A DNA stretch of 64,000 nt, taken from positions 352,001 through 416,000 of the forward strand of contig CAVTMK010000003.1 in assembly GCA_963735805.1 (NCBI GenBank). Reading direction: 5' to 3'. Each line of letters starts with the position of its first letter. Positions within the stretch are counted from its first letter, which is position 1. Shown piece after piece: positions 39,551 to 48,605 of this stretch. Source of the DNA: an uncultured Verrucomicrobiae bacterium. GTDB lineage: Bacteria; Verrucomicrobiota; Verrucomicrobiia; Chthoniobacterales; UBA10450. The position numbers and the translations under genes were made by a program. The notes under the pieces were generated by a model. It was given only the letters and a program-made list of their open reading frames with translations. It was not told where the DNA came from and ran no database searches.

Positions 39551-40540
39551 TCACTGAAAATACGGTCGGACCTTGGCGTATTTCTTATCGCCGATTCCGT
39601 TTACCATTTTCAAATCATCGGCGCTGCGGAACGGTCGTGCGGCAATAATTCGACCTGCGATGACCGCTCCGATACCAGGAATCATTTTCAATTCTTTCTC
39701 AGTCGCCTTGTTGATGTCGATCTGGCCTGCCTCGATTTTTTCCTTTGTATGCGACTGCTTTGGTTCAGTTGCGCCGTCAGAGGCGGCCGAAGAGCTCGAT
39801 GACGGTGTTGCTGAAACTTGCGAAAAGATACTCGCCGGAGCCAGCGGCCGGGCTCGAGCGTTCTTTTCGGTTACGAACATACTAAAAGCCGCCGGCCTTT
39901 GAGCATGCGCATTTAGTCGATCGGCATTAACTCCCCATCCTCCGATTTTCTCCTTTTTTGCCTCTTCCTCGAATTGTTGAAGTTTTTCTACTTCTGGTCG
40001 CGAATTTCTTGATCCTGGCGGTGCGGCTTTAAAGCCATAGTTCCGCGCAAGCCCGTTGCGAACCAGTTGTTCGCCCAGATCCCCATCTTTAGTTTGAACA
40101 AACCCGTAAAACCGCTCAAGCTTGCTGCGGCCCATCGCGTCTGACATGTGCGTAAACACCCTAAATGGGCCAAATAGCTTCTTTTGCGTGAACTCTTTGG
40201 CCGTGCGTCCCACTTCGATGGCCTGTGGCACGGTGATCCCAAAATATTGTGCCTGTTCGATTAAACGTCGCGGCGTCATTTCGTCTGTTTCAGGCGCATC
40301 GACCAGATAGAGACGGAAGATGTATTCATGATTGCCAGCACTGACATGAAAACTATCTCCATCGTTCGCCGGATTGATGATCAAGTGGCAATCCTCAAGA
40401 ACAATCCAATCTCTAGAAACGTCCCGGCCTCCAACTTTGACAGTCGCCGTCAACAGAATAGCCACAGCAACAAGCGCGATTCTGCAGGGCCAGCCTGAAA
40501 AACCCGCGGTCGAGAACGCGTACATGAAAAACTTGCGCAT
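39551..40540 (-). CDS. Exported thermonuclease (SNase-like) fused to a ComEA-type helix-hairpin-helix domain
   Basis: NDGDSF, RLYLVDAPE, LVRNGLA and AKKEKIGGW; Ser-rich linker; IDINKAT..IPGIG..VNGIG. Start uncertain. Confidence 0.85.
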   Translation of the reverse strand: MRKFFMYAFSTAGFSGWPCRIALVAVAILLTATVKVGGRDVSRDWIVLEDCHLIINPANDGDSFHVSAGNHEYIFRLYLVDAPETDEMTPRRLIEQAQYFGITVPQAIEVGRTAKEFTQKKLFGPFRVFTHMSDAMGRSKLERFYGFVQTKDGDLGEQLVRNGLARNYGFKAAPPGSRNSRPEVEKLQQFEEEAKKEKIGGWGVNADRLNAHAQRPAAFSMFVTEKNARARPLAPASIFSQVSATPSSSSSAASDGATEPKQSHTKEKIEAGQIDINKATEKELKMIPGIGAVIAGRIIAARPFRSADDLKMVNGIGDKKYAKVRPYFQ

Positions 40541-40548
40541 GATGAGAA

Positions 40549-41208
40549 TCACGGTGTTTGCAGCCGTGCCAAATGCCCTGCGTACACGGCAACGAGGCCG
40601 CCTAGAACGCCGCCGGCAATAACATCGCTGACAAAATGATAATTCATCGCTACGAGGCTCACGAGCATTGGCACGCAGAGAACGATGACGACGACTTGTA
40701 CGGCTCGACTGCCCGGCATGCCAATTATCCACACCGCAGCGAACGCCAGGATTCTGCAAGCGTGACCTGAGGGAAAACTGCCGATGTCGTCACCACGTTG
40801 AAAAGGATGAAAACCGTAGGTACCAGTGCCAATGAGCGATGGATTGTCATGGGTCCAAGTCTCGGGCCAATAGCGACCGAAAACGTCTCCTAACGACACT
40901 CGGAAATCATCAGCAACGATCAAGCTAAGACAGGCGACGAGCAGCACTTTCTGCCACCGTAGAAATGGTCCCCAAGCCCGGCGCATCACTAAGATTGTCA
41001 AAACCAGAGCCGACCAATTCTGGACTTCCGGCGGCGGATAAGTGAGCCATCGAAAAACTTGAACCGTATTGATGCGGTGGCGGTAGACAAAGAACGCCAC
41101 GGATCGATCAATCCAGAAGTAACAGACCAAAACCGCGGCACTGCATAGAGCCACAGTGATCAATGCGCGGCGGAGCAATCTGCGATACTCCGGTTCGGGA
41201 ACCGTCAT
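40549..41208 (-). CDS. PAP2 family membrane phosphatase
   Basis: GRYWP, SFPSGH and HFVSDVIAG. Confidence 0.88.
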   Translation of the reverse strand: MTVPEPEYRRLLRRALITVALCSAAVLVCYFWIDRSVAFFVYRHRINTVQVFRWLTYPPPEVQNWSALVLTILVMRRAWGPFLRWQKVLLVACLSLIVADDFRVSLGDVFGRYWPETWTHDNPSLIGTGTYGFHPFQRGDDIGSFPSGHACRILAFAAVWIIGMPGSRAVQVVVIVLCVPMLVSLVAMNYHFVSDVIAGGVLGGLVAVYAGHLARLQTP

Positions 41209-42125
41209 GCCGCCGGCACCTCAAACTGGCTCATCAGTTTGAACATCTCGTAGCGCTTTGCAATCTCTTCCATCGAAAGGGTGCGCAAGCGCTCCAGACT
41301 GAACGCTTCCACGCAAAAACTGGCCAGTACGCTGCCATAAATCATCGCCCTCCGTAAATCATTGAAGTGCACTTTTTTCACGGTGCCCGCAAGGTAACCG
41401 GCCATACCGCCGGCGAATGTGTCACCTGCCCCGGTCGGATCGTGAATGTCGTCGAGTGGATATGCGCCACAGCTGAAAAATTGATCTCCCTCGCCAAAGA
41501 GCAGCGCGCCATGCTCCCCTTTCTTTATGGCAACATACCGCGGCCCCATTTTTCGAATCCTGCGCCCCGCCTTGATGAGACTCGTCTCATTCGTGATCTC
41601 GCGTGCCTCGCTGTCGTTCAAGATAAGGAGGTTCACACGCTGAAGCAGTGCGTCGAGGTCCCGTCGCGCTGTCTCGATCCAGAGATCCATGGTGTCAGCG
41701 ACCACGAACCTGGGGCGTTTCATCTGATCGAGCACATGGGCTTGCAACGACGGCGCGATGTTAGCCAGTAAAACGAAATCGGTTTCGCGATACGAATCCG
41801 GCAATGCAGGCTTAAAATCCTGGAAGACATTCAGCGCGATAGAGCGCGTCTCGCGGGTATTCAGGTCCCAGGAGTATTCGCCGGACCAGCGAAAAGTCTT
41901 TCCGTTCGCGCGCTGCACGCCTTGACTGTCGATCTTGCGGGATTTCCAAAACTGAAATTCAGATTCGGGAAAATCGTTGCCTACGATTCCAACTAATCGA
42001 ACCGGTGAAAAGAAACTTGCACCCAGTGCGGCGTAGGAAGCCGATCCGCCTAACAAATCACAATGTTCCTCTACCGGCGTTTTAACTGTGTCGATTGCAA
42101 TCGAGCCAACAACGAGAACAGACAT
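41205..42125 (-). CDS. PfkB family carbohydrate/nucleoside kinase
   Basis: GSIAID, GGSA, NDSEA and DPTGAGDTFAGG. Confidence 0.92.
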   Translation of the reverse strand: MSVLVVGSIAIDTVKTPVEEHCDLLGGSASYAALGASFFSPVRLVGIVGNDFPESEFQFWKSRKIDSQGVQRANGKTFRWSGEYSWDLNTRETRSIALNVFQDFKPALPDSYRETDFVLLANIAPSLQAHVLDQMKRPRFVVADTMDLWIETARRDLDALLQRVNLLILNDSEAREITNETSLIKAGRRIRKMGPRYVAIKKGEHGALLFGEGDQFFSCGAYPLDDIHDPTGAGDTFAGGMAGYLAGTVKKVHFNDLRRAMIYGSVLASFCVEAFSLERLRTLSMEEIAKRYEMFKLMSQFEVPAA

Positions 42126-42129
42126 TAGA

Positions 42130-42165
42130 GTTTAAGTTGTTAAATGGGTTACAAAAGTTGAAAGG
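42130..42165 (+). repeat. Degenerate 9-bp tandem array
   Basis: GTTTAAGTT GTTAAATGG GTTACAAAA GTTGAAAGG. Confidence 0.45.
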
Positions 42166-42187
42166 CAGTCAGTGATTAATGGTTTTG

Positions 42188-42814
42188 CTAGGCAAGCATG
42201 TCGGTTGCACAGCGCGCGTAATCAACAATGCTATGCGCCTTGAGCAAGGCCGAAACCATGACAACGCGCTTTGCTCCGGCATCGATTACCTGCTGAAGAT
42301 TGTCGATGTTTATTCCGCCGATACAGAATATTGGAATGCTGACCTCGATGTGGACTTGTTTGATGTCGCTCACTCCAATTGGCTTGTAATCCGGTTTTGT
42401 TGGCGTGGCGAAGATCGGACCAAATCCGATGTAATCAGCGCCTTCGTTCTGTGCCGCGAGCGCCTGAACAAGGCTGTGTGTCGATTTGCCGACAATCAAA
42501 TCTCTTCCCGCTCTTTGACGAGCAAAAAGAATTGAATCGTCGTCCTGCCCGACATGCACTCCTTCGGCAGGAACTTGCGCCGCGACGTCGGCATGGTCAT
42601 TCACAATCAGAGGTGTATCAGATTGTACGGTGATTTGATGGATCTCAGATGCGACATTGACTAACTCGTCGATCGATTTTCCTTTTCCGCGAAGCTGAAT
42701 TAGATCGATCCCGCCGCGGACCATTTGTTCCGCGATACGACTGCAATCCCGCGGTAGCGGGACGTAACCGAGATCAATGATGCCGTAAAGGCGGCATTCG
42801 TGTAGCCCTCTCAT
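42188..42814 (-). CDS. thiE: Thiamine-phosphate synthase
   Basis: IQLRGK, LIVND, GVHVGQDD, GKSTHS, GPIFATPTK and IGGI. Confidence 0.94.
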   Translation of the reverse strand: MRGLHECRLYGIIDLGYVPLPRDCSRIAEQMVRGGIDLIQLRGKGKSIDELVNVASEIHQITVQSDTPLIVNDHADVAAQVPAEGVHVGQDDDSILFARQRAGRDLIVGKSTHSLVQALAAQNEGADYIGFGPIFATPTKPDYKPIGVSDIKQVHIEVSIPIFCIGGINIDNLQQVIDAGAKRVVMVSALLKAHSIVDYARCATDMLA

Positions 42815-42815
42815 C

Positions 42816-42880
42816 GTCGCAACGCAACTTTGTAAGTGCGCATTCCATTGCTCGCAATTACAAAGGCCGCGTATTGCGAC
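42816..42880. repeat. Long imperfect hairpin directly upstream of the thiE start codon
   Basis: Paired segments GTCGCAA/TTGCGAC, CTTTGTAA/TTACAAAG and TGCG/CGCA. Confidence 0.7.
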
Positions 42881-42890
42881 CAGATAAAGT

Positions 42891-43070
42891 CTATCTCAAC
42901 GCTGTAGTGTGAGTTTCTCCAGCAGAATATCGAATCGAATCATCCCCGATGGTAATCAGTTCGCTGCTAAACGGTGGCGGCGGTTTTGCAGGGAAGAGCG
43001 GTCGTAAAACCGCGAACACTGGCGATACGAACGCAATGGAGACAAGTACGGACATGGTTGCACACTTCAT
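42891..43070 (-). CDS. Possible small exported peptide (59 aa)
   Basis: Signal-like SVLVSIAFVSPVFA followed by Pro-rich VLRPLFPAKPPPPF; fills an otherwise empty gap. Confidence 0.4.
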   Translation of the reverse strand: MKCATMSVLVSIAFVSPVFAVLRPLFPAKPPPPFSSELITIGDDSIRYSAGETHTTALR

Positions 43071-43276
43071 GTCGCCGCTCTTAGCAGGATCAATTAGCAT
43101 CGCAAGTAATATTTTTTCGTGATCACGGTAATTAAGGGCAACCCTGCATGCCTCCTATTTGTTCAAAGCTTACGTTGTCTGAAAGAATCTTTGAAGTTTG
43201 CAAGTTTCTGCCCATTCGACCTTGGCGGAGCAGATTCCAGTTTGCGATCTTCCGTTTGCGATTAATTTTTCACCCG

Positions 43277-44521
43277 ATGCCACAGTTTGCATATCGTGCT
43301 CGCGACGCGCAGGGCAGCTTGGTTGAGGGTGTACTCGATTGCGCAGATCGAGCGATCGCGATCCGACAAATTGAACTGCAAAAATGTATTCCCGTCCGGA
43401 TCGACCTGGTGGGGCCCGAGCCCAAAACAGCACCACACGATGCCGCAGGAACCGCAGCACCCACGCAGAATCTGAAAATTCCACACGGTCAGTTGCTTGT
43501 TTTCACGGAACAGCTCGCCCATTTGCTCCAAGCGGGTATGACGCTGGACGAAGGTTTGTCGGTTTTGGAAAAGCGTTTGAAGCAACCGCGCGTCCAGCAG
43601 ATGACGCATACGCTGCATCAGGCGTTAGTCGATGGCCGTAGTTTCTCACAGGCGTTAAGTGCGCTCCCTCGAATTTTCCCGCCGCTCTACGTAAATCTGG
43701 TGGCTGCCGGCGAGGCGAGCGGAGCGCTGCCGCAGATACTGCTCCGACTGGTTAAACACCTGATGCAGGCCAAAGAGCTGCGAGATCGGGTACAACAGGC
43801 GTTGATTTATCCGGCATTCCTTGCGCTGGCTGGCGCCGTGCTTGTTACAATTTTCATAACGTTCATGGTGCCACAGTTAACTGGATTTATGGCACAAACC
43901 GGCGGAGCGCTTCCATTGCCTACGCGGATTCTGCTGCAGATTCATCACGCACTTACAGGGTATTGGTGGGTTGGCCTGCTGGCGGGGATTAGCGTAGTCA
44001 TCGGCTTCCGCGCTCTCGTTCGCAGCGACGAAGGGCGTACCGCTTGGGATCGTTTCCGGCTAATGATCCCCGGCTACGGGCGGATTGTTCGACACCGTTA
44101 CTACGCGCAATTTTCACGCACGCTGGGAACTTTGATGGAAAATGGAATCCCTCTGCTGCGCGCGTTAGATCTGGTAACGGAAATTGCAGAAAACCGGTTC
44201 CTCGAACTCAAGTTGGGCGAAGTCCGGAAGGCAGTAATCGACGGCGCGACTCTCTCCGCCGCTCTGCAAGCGCAAAAAATGTTCCCTGACTTGTTCACGG
44301 ACATGATGTCGGTGGGAGAACAAACGGGGCATTTCGCTGAAACCATGCAGGCTATTGCCGACGTTTATGAGCGCGAATTGGACAAGACGGTTGGCGTGAT
44401 CTCGCAGCTTATTCCACCGGTCGTCATCGTCGTGATCGCCGGCCTGGTCGGGTTGGTTGTTTTCAGTATCCTGTCGGCCGTATTCGAGATGACGCACAGC
44501 CTGCAAGTCAGGCCGCACTAA
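43277..44521 (+). CDS. gspF: Type II secretion system F family inner-membrane platform protein
   Basis: FAYRARD, FTEQLAHLLQAG, AGEASGAL, ALIYP and VGEQTG. Start moved to MPQFA. Confidence 0.92.
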   Translation: MPQFAYRARDAQGSLVEGVLDCADRAIAIRQIELQKCIPVRIDLVGPEPKTAPHDAAGTAAPTQNLKIPHGQLLVFTEQLAHLLQAGMTLDEGLSVLEKRLKQPRVQQMTHTLHQALVDGRSFSQALSALPRIFPPLYVNLVAAGEASGALPQILLRLVKHLMQAKELRDRVQQALIYPAFLALAGAVLVTIFITFMVPQLTGFMAQTGGALPLPTRILLQIHHALTGYWWVGLLAGISVVIGFRALVRSDEGRTAWDRFRLMIPGYGRIVRHRYYAQFSRTLGTLMENGIPLLRALDLVTEIAENRFLELKLGEVRKAVIDGATLSAALQAQKMFPDLFTDMMSVGEQTGHFAETMQAIADVYERELDKTVGVISQLIPPVVIVVIAGLVGLVVFSILSAVFEMTHSLQVRPH

Positions 44522-44571
44522 AAACTGAGAGCTTGCAATCAAGCCTCTGCTCGAATAATCTCGCCCGCTCA

Positions 44572-45639
44572 ATGTTACTTCGCGCCGTCTTTGCGATATC
44601 GTTCGCCGCGATCTGTCGCGTATACGCACAGGAAGCCTTCACGAATGCTCTCCCGGCTCCCACCGAGGCGATGCAGCAGCAGATCCCAGAGAGCGCCTGG
44701 CTTGATCTGCGCCAAAACGAGCCTCAAAATTCAAAACCGCAGAACGCTCCCGCCTGGGTTGAAGCGCTCACCATGTTACCCGCCGAAACGACAGAGGGGG
44801 GCACTACCATTTCCAAAAGCGTATTTCGCATTCGAGTGACGCAACCGAGCCCTGATTATCAGGTTCTCTTTTTCCGCCTGTTCTTCGATGACAAACCGGA
44901 GCAGCAGCCCGAATTAGTCGCCTGGGACGAATCCGGCACACACGTTTTGCGCTCTGGCACGCTTGGGGCGGGAATGAATCTGCCCAGCTCTGATTCGGTG
45001 CTCATTCCGATGACCGGCGCTTCCTCGATCGATATCGAAGTACCGGGAGATGGAAAAACGGTTAGAGGAGCGTATCTCGATTGGATGGCAAGCAGTGAAG
45101 TCGTGCATCCTGTAAACACAGAACATCGGGACGTAATTCCCGAACCTTTCTCATCGGTACCGACACTGCACGCGCCACCTGATGACGTAGAGAATTTTGG
45201 AACCGTTACGGCAACGCTCTCGGCAGAAACAATCCGGATTAACGGACAAACTCAGGAGAGTGCCGCATTCCAATTTCCAATCGAAGCGCAACCGCTGACG
45301 GCGCTGTTGACTTTTGAAGTCGCCAACCCGCGCATTGACGCTCCACCGGAAGTTTATCTCAACGGCCAGGATGTTGGGCCCGCTTCTCTCATGCTACCTG
45401 ACCTATCCGACCCCGGTTACCGCGGTGAATCGCAGCCGCTCGCTACGCAGATGCGCTTCAACTACACGGGTTGGCTGCGCGCCCAGAAAATTGTACCGGC
45501 CTCGAGTTTGACAGTTGGCACGAACGATTTGGTCATTACCAATGGGACGGACACTGACGCTTCGGCAATCCGCGCGACACAAATTCAACTAAAGTATCTC
45601 TGGGACAAGTCGGATTATCTATTGCGCACCCGGCACTAG
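44572..45639 (+). CDS. Hypothetical exported protein
   Basis: Signal peptide ending VYA-Q; beta-rich; lies between gspF and gspG. Confidence 0.8.
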   Translation: MLLRAVFAISFAAICRVYAQEAFTNALPAPTEAMQQQIPESAWLDLRQNEPQNSKPQNAPAWVEALTMLPAETTEGGTTISKSVFRIRVTQPSPDYQVLFFRLFFDDKPEQQPELVAWDESGTHVLRSGTLGAGMNLPSSDSVLIPMTGASSIDIEVPGDGKTVRGAYLDWMASSEVVHPVNTEHRDVIPEPFSSVPTLHAPPDDVENFGTVTATLSAETIRINGQTQESAAFQFPIEAQPLTALLTFEVANPRIDAPPEVYLNGQDVGPASLMLPDLSDPGYRGESQPLATQMRFNYTGWLRAQKIVPASSLTVGTNDLVITNGTDTDASAIRATQIQLKYLWDKSDYLLRTRH

Positions 45640-45702
45640 AAATTCTTAAGGAGCTGGGTACTGTTACCATGCCAGAATGGGAAGGGTGACTCCTTTATCG
45701 AA

Positions 45703-46122
45703 ATGAGAATGAAAAGAAAACAACAGGGCTTCACGCTGCTCGAGATCATGCTCGTAGTGAGCATCATCGTGATCATATTAGGAGTAGCGATTTCAAAACT
45801 CGGCAACACGACTGCCATCGCGAAAACCATGCGGGTTCAAGCGGACGTCCAGGCGATCAAAACACAATTGCAGTTGTATGAAAGCATGAACGGATTTTAT
45901 CCAACCACGGAACAGGGCCTTCAGGCGCTGGTGACTCCGCCAGACAAGGACCCGAGGCCAGCCAGATGGTATCAGTTGTTTAAAGAACTGCCAAAAGATC
46001 CCTGGGGAAACGATTACATTTATCGCTGTCCAGGGGTTAAGGATCCAGGCGGCTACGACCTTTATTCTGCCGGGGCGGATCGGCAAACTGACACGGCTGA
46101 CGACGATTGGGGCGGCGGCTAA
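45703..46122 (+). CDS. gspG: Type II secretion major pseudopilin
   Basis: G/FTLLEIM prepilin motif, YPTTEQGLQALV, KDPWGNDY and YSAGAD. Confidence 0.93.
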   Translation: MRMKRKQQGFTLLEIMLVVSIIVIILGVAISKLGNTTAIAKTMRVQADVQAIKTQLQLYESMNGFYPTTEQGLQALVTPPDKDPRPARWYQLFKELPKDPWGNDYIYRCPGVKDPGGYDLYSAGADRQTDTADDDWGGG

Positions 46123-46123
46123 C

Positions 46124-46138
46124 CGGCCTGCGAGGCCG
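46124..46138. terminator. Short GC hairpin between convergent genes (possible terminator)
   Basis: CGGCCT-GCG-AGGCCG with only a weak T tract. Confidence 0.35.
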
Positions 46139-46148
46139 TATTTCGGTC

Positions 46149-46763
46149 CTAGTTTTTGCTGCCCGATCCCTGCGCCCTCGCCCCCCTGGGGCTGCGCTGA
46201 ATCATACCCCGGGAATGGGGGGTTCGAACTTGTCGGTTCGTTGGAACCAACTGTTGGATCTCCGCAGGCAGTCCCGCGGGTAATTTGGGTGGAACAGGCG
46301 AGCCAGGAACGTTAGGCGCCATGAGCGTTCTTGCAGCTAATGGGCCGGTCGGCGCGGCTTGTTGCAGGAGCGCCTGATTAAAAGTGATTGTCGCAAAATT
46401 TCCGTCTTTGCTGATGGTCACCTTCGTCGCACCGACGCGGTCCGACCATTCAATGTTAGCGATACTGTAGCCATCTACCGGTGCGTTAGTGGTAAGATAT
46501 TTTTTGAAACTGTGATCGGAAGTCGAAGCGAGCGTTACCATATCGCCTTCAGATGATCGCGCGGCGTTGGCCACGTAAAGATCCTTCGCGAAATCGGGTG
46601 TCGCTGCAGGCGCTGCCACTGCCGTTGCGATTGCGAACGGCGAATTGTCCACCATTTTTGAGTAACGATTGTAAGTGAACCGTGGTGGCAGAACATCCTC
46701 GGCCTGCGCGCAGATTACCCCGAGCAGAACTGCGACTGACATTACCGTAAGCGAATATTTCAT
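46149..46763 (-). CDS. Hypothetical exported protein, possibly GspC/PilP-like
   Basis: Signal peptide, SPF motif, small beta domain and Pro-rich tail; last gene of the gspH-M run. Confidence 0.6.
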   Translation of the reverse strand: MKYSLTVMSVAVLLGVICAQAEDVLPPRFTYNRYSKMVDNSPFAIATAVAAPAATPDFAKDLYVANAARSSEGDMVTLASTSDHSFKKYLTTNAPVDGYSIANIEWSDRVGATKVTISKDGNFATITFNQALLQQAAPTGPLAARTLMAPNVPGSPVPPKLPAGLPAEIQQLVPTNRQVRTPHSRGMIQRSPRGARAQGSGSKN

Positions 46764-46781
46764 AAATCGACTAACCCAATA

Positions 46782-47333
46782 TTACTTGGTTCGTTGCGCC
46801 GGAGCAAACCAGCGGGCGATTTTAAACTTGCCACGCATCACGGTCTGATCGCTGCCATCGATCCCCAGATTAACGTTCTCAAACACGATGAAACCATCCG
46901 GTCGCTGCACGTCATAAAGAAAATGAACCAGGGGCGGCCACGGGCTCTTTGTTTCAATGGACGCAAAAACCGTCTGATGATACGGCGTTGTTTCGCCGGA
47001 ACCGATCGCTGGATTCTCGACTAGAACATTGTATTTGCCGGCTATCTCCTTTAATTGGTCAAGCAGCGCGGACGCTTCCGCTGGATTCTTGAGGGTCGGT
47101 TGATGTTCCCGGATCCATGCGTCGCGTTTTGTCCAGAGATCCCGTTCTTTCACGTAAAGAGTTTGTTCGGACAATGTCGCCCTGCGAACCGAAATTTGCT
47201 TTTGTGCGCTGGCAAGCGCGCCGAAAATCCAATCCAAAATAAAAAGGTTGAGTAATGAAAACACCGTGCCGGCCGCTACCCAAGCGAGCACGCGCTCACG
47301 CCGATTCATCCTATGATACCATGCCGGCATCAT
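46782..47333 (-). CDS. GspM/PilO-like bitopic protein
   Basis: MNRRERVL, TM helix, coiled coil and LVHFLYDVQ; follows the GspL-like gene. Confidence 0.7.
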   Translation of the reverse strand: MMPAWYHRMNRRERVLAWVAAGTVFSLLNLFILDWIFGALASAQKQISVRRATLSEQTLYVKERDLWTKRDAWIREHQPTLKNPAEASALLDQLKEIAGKYNVLVENPAIGSGETTPYHQTVFASIETKSPWPPLVHFLYDVQRPDGFIVFENVNLGIDGSDQTVMRGKFKIARWFAPAQRTK

Positions 47334-48592
47334 CGCTGCTTCCCCTCCAACCGGAACTGCGCATGGTCGTTTGGCAGAATGCGCGGCGCAGGCATTTCGA
47401 ATTTAAAGACTCGCAAATCAGGATTCTTCTTGATCTTTTCAATGAACTGATAAGCGAGAGCAGTTGTATTTGCTTCGCCATCTACGGAAATCTCTCGCGC
47501 GGATTGGTTGTAAGCGGTAATCCGCACCTCGGGTGATGGCAAACTTTCGAAGAGATGCAGCAGAATTTCGACCGGATAGTAACGCGCATCGATCGCAGGA
47601 GCCAGTGCCTTCCAGTTCGCTTCCGTCGCGCGGACGAACTGCGTCTGGGGCGCGTCGTATGCAATGCGTCGGTCGAGATTTCCGATCTGAAATCGGAGCA
47701 GGCCCAGATACGCGAACATAAGAAAGAGAAGCGCCACATAAGCGCCACCTATCCACAGGAGTCGATTTCGCCATTCTGCCTGCCTGATCAGTTGCGAGCG
47801 ACGACGGCGCCAGCTTTCTGGCAATAGATTTAATTTTACTGCGGCAGGTGGCAACTCGATCCCAACGATCTCCGGGGAACTAGCCAGGATTCCCTGCACA
47901 GTGTCCCGCATTTGGTAGCAGCTTTCATCCAACAACACATTTGTAGAGGAAGCGTTGATACCTTGCAGTTCGGCGCTCATTCGCAATTGGGGCAACTCCA
48001 GTTGCAATTGTTCCCCGTTGCCATTTTCAAAGACTCGCGCAAGGCTCAGTTTGCCGTTTTCCGTCATGGCGTAGACCAGCGTCTCGCCTTCCGGATAAAT
48101 TAGAAGAGCATTTCCCTTGGGGGCATGAGTGCTGGCTCGCTGCGCGGCATAAACGGTCACCTGCCGTGGGATAAAACCGCGATCAAACAAGGGAGCCGCA
48201 ATCTCGGCGAGTTGTTCGTTTCTGATCGCCACAGCCGAGACCACGCTTTCATTGTCGTCCTGCTCGATCACTTCAAAATCGGTGGTTACCTCGTCGGCCG
48301 AAAACGGCAATACCTTCTCGATCTGGATCCGAATCATTTCCGGAAACTCTGCCGGATCGACACTTGGTAATCGAAATCGTTGCGCGAGCACGGCAGTGAC
48401 CGGCAACCCAAGTACAAAATCGTCAGTTGCGGAAAGCAATGGCACCGCTTCCCCTAGTGTCTGCAGCTTGCGCACGTTCCATGAGCCGTTCTGGTTGGCG
48501 TTGCCGGCCGCAGCTTCGTGCGACGGTGTCGACGTGACTGAACGCAGGAAATTCCATCCATGCGCCGTTGGAATTATGAAGATCGATGGCAT
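47330..48592 (-). CDS. GspL-like (PilM/PilN-like) protein
   Basis: Cytoplasmic domain QIEKVLPFSADEVTTDF, then LNLLP, TM helix and ISVDGEA. Confidence 0.75.
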   Translation of the reverse strand: MPSIFIIPTAHGWNFLRSVTSTPSHEAAAGNANQNGSWNVRKLQTLGEAVPLLSATDDFVLGLPVTAVLAQRFRLPSVDPAEFPEMIRIQIEKVLPFSADEVTTDFEVIEQDDNESVVSAVAIRNEQLAEIAAPLFDRGFIPRQVTVYAAQRASTHAPKGNALLIYPEGETLVYAMTENGKLSLARVFENGNGEQLQLELPQLRMSAELQGINASSTNVLLDESCYQMRDTVQGILASSPEIVGIELPPAAVKLNLLPESWRRRRSQLIRQAEWRNRLLWIGGAYVALLFLMFAYLGLLRFQIGNLDRRIAYDAPQTQFVRATEANWKALAPAIDARYYPVEILLHLFESLPSPEVRITAYNQSAREISVDGEANTTALAYQFIEKIKKNPDLRVFKFEMPAPRILPNDHAQFRLEGKQR

Positions 48593-48605
48593 CCCTGTCT
48601 CGAGG

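Noticed and set aside
42815..43276. TPP riboswitch upstream of thiE
   Set aside because: The conserved CTGAGA core was not found on the coding strand
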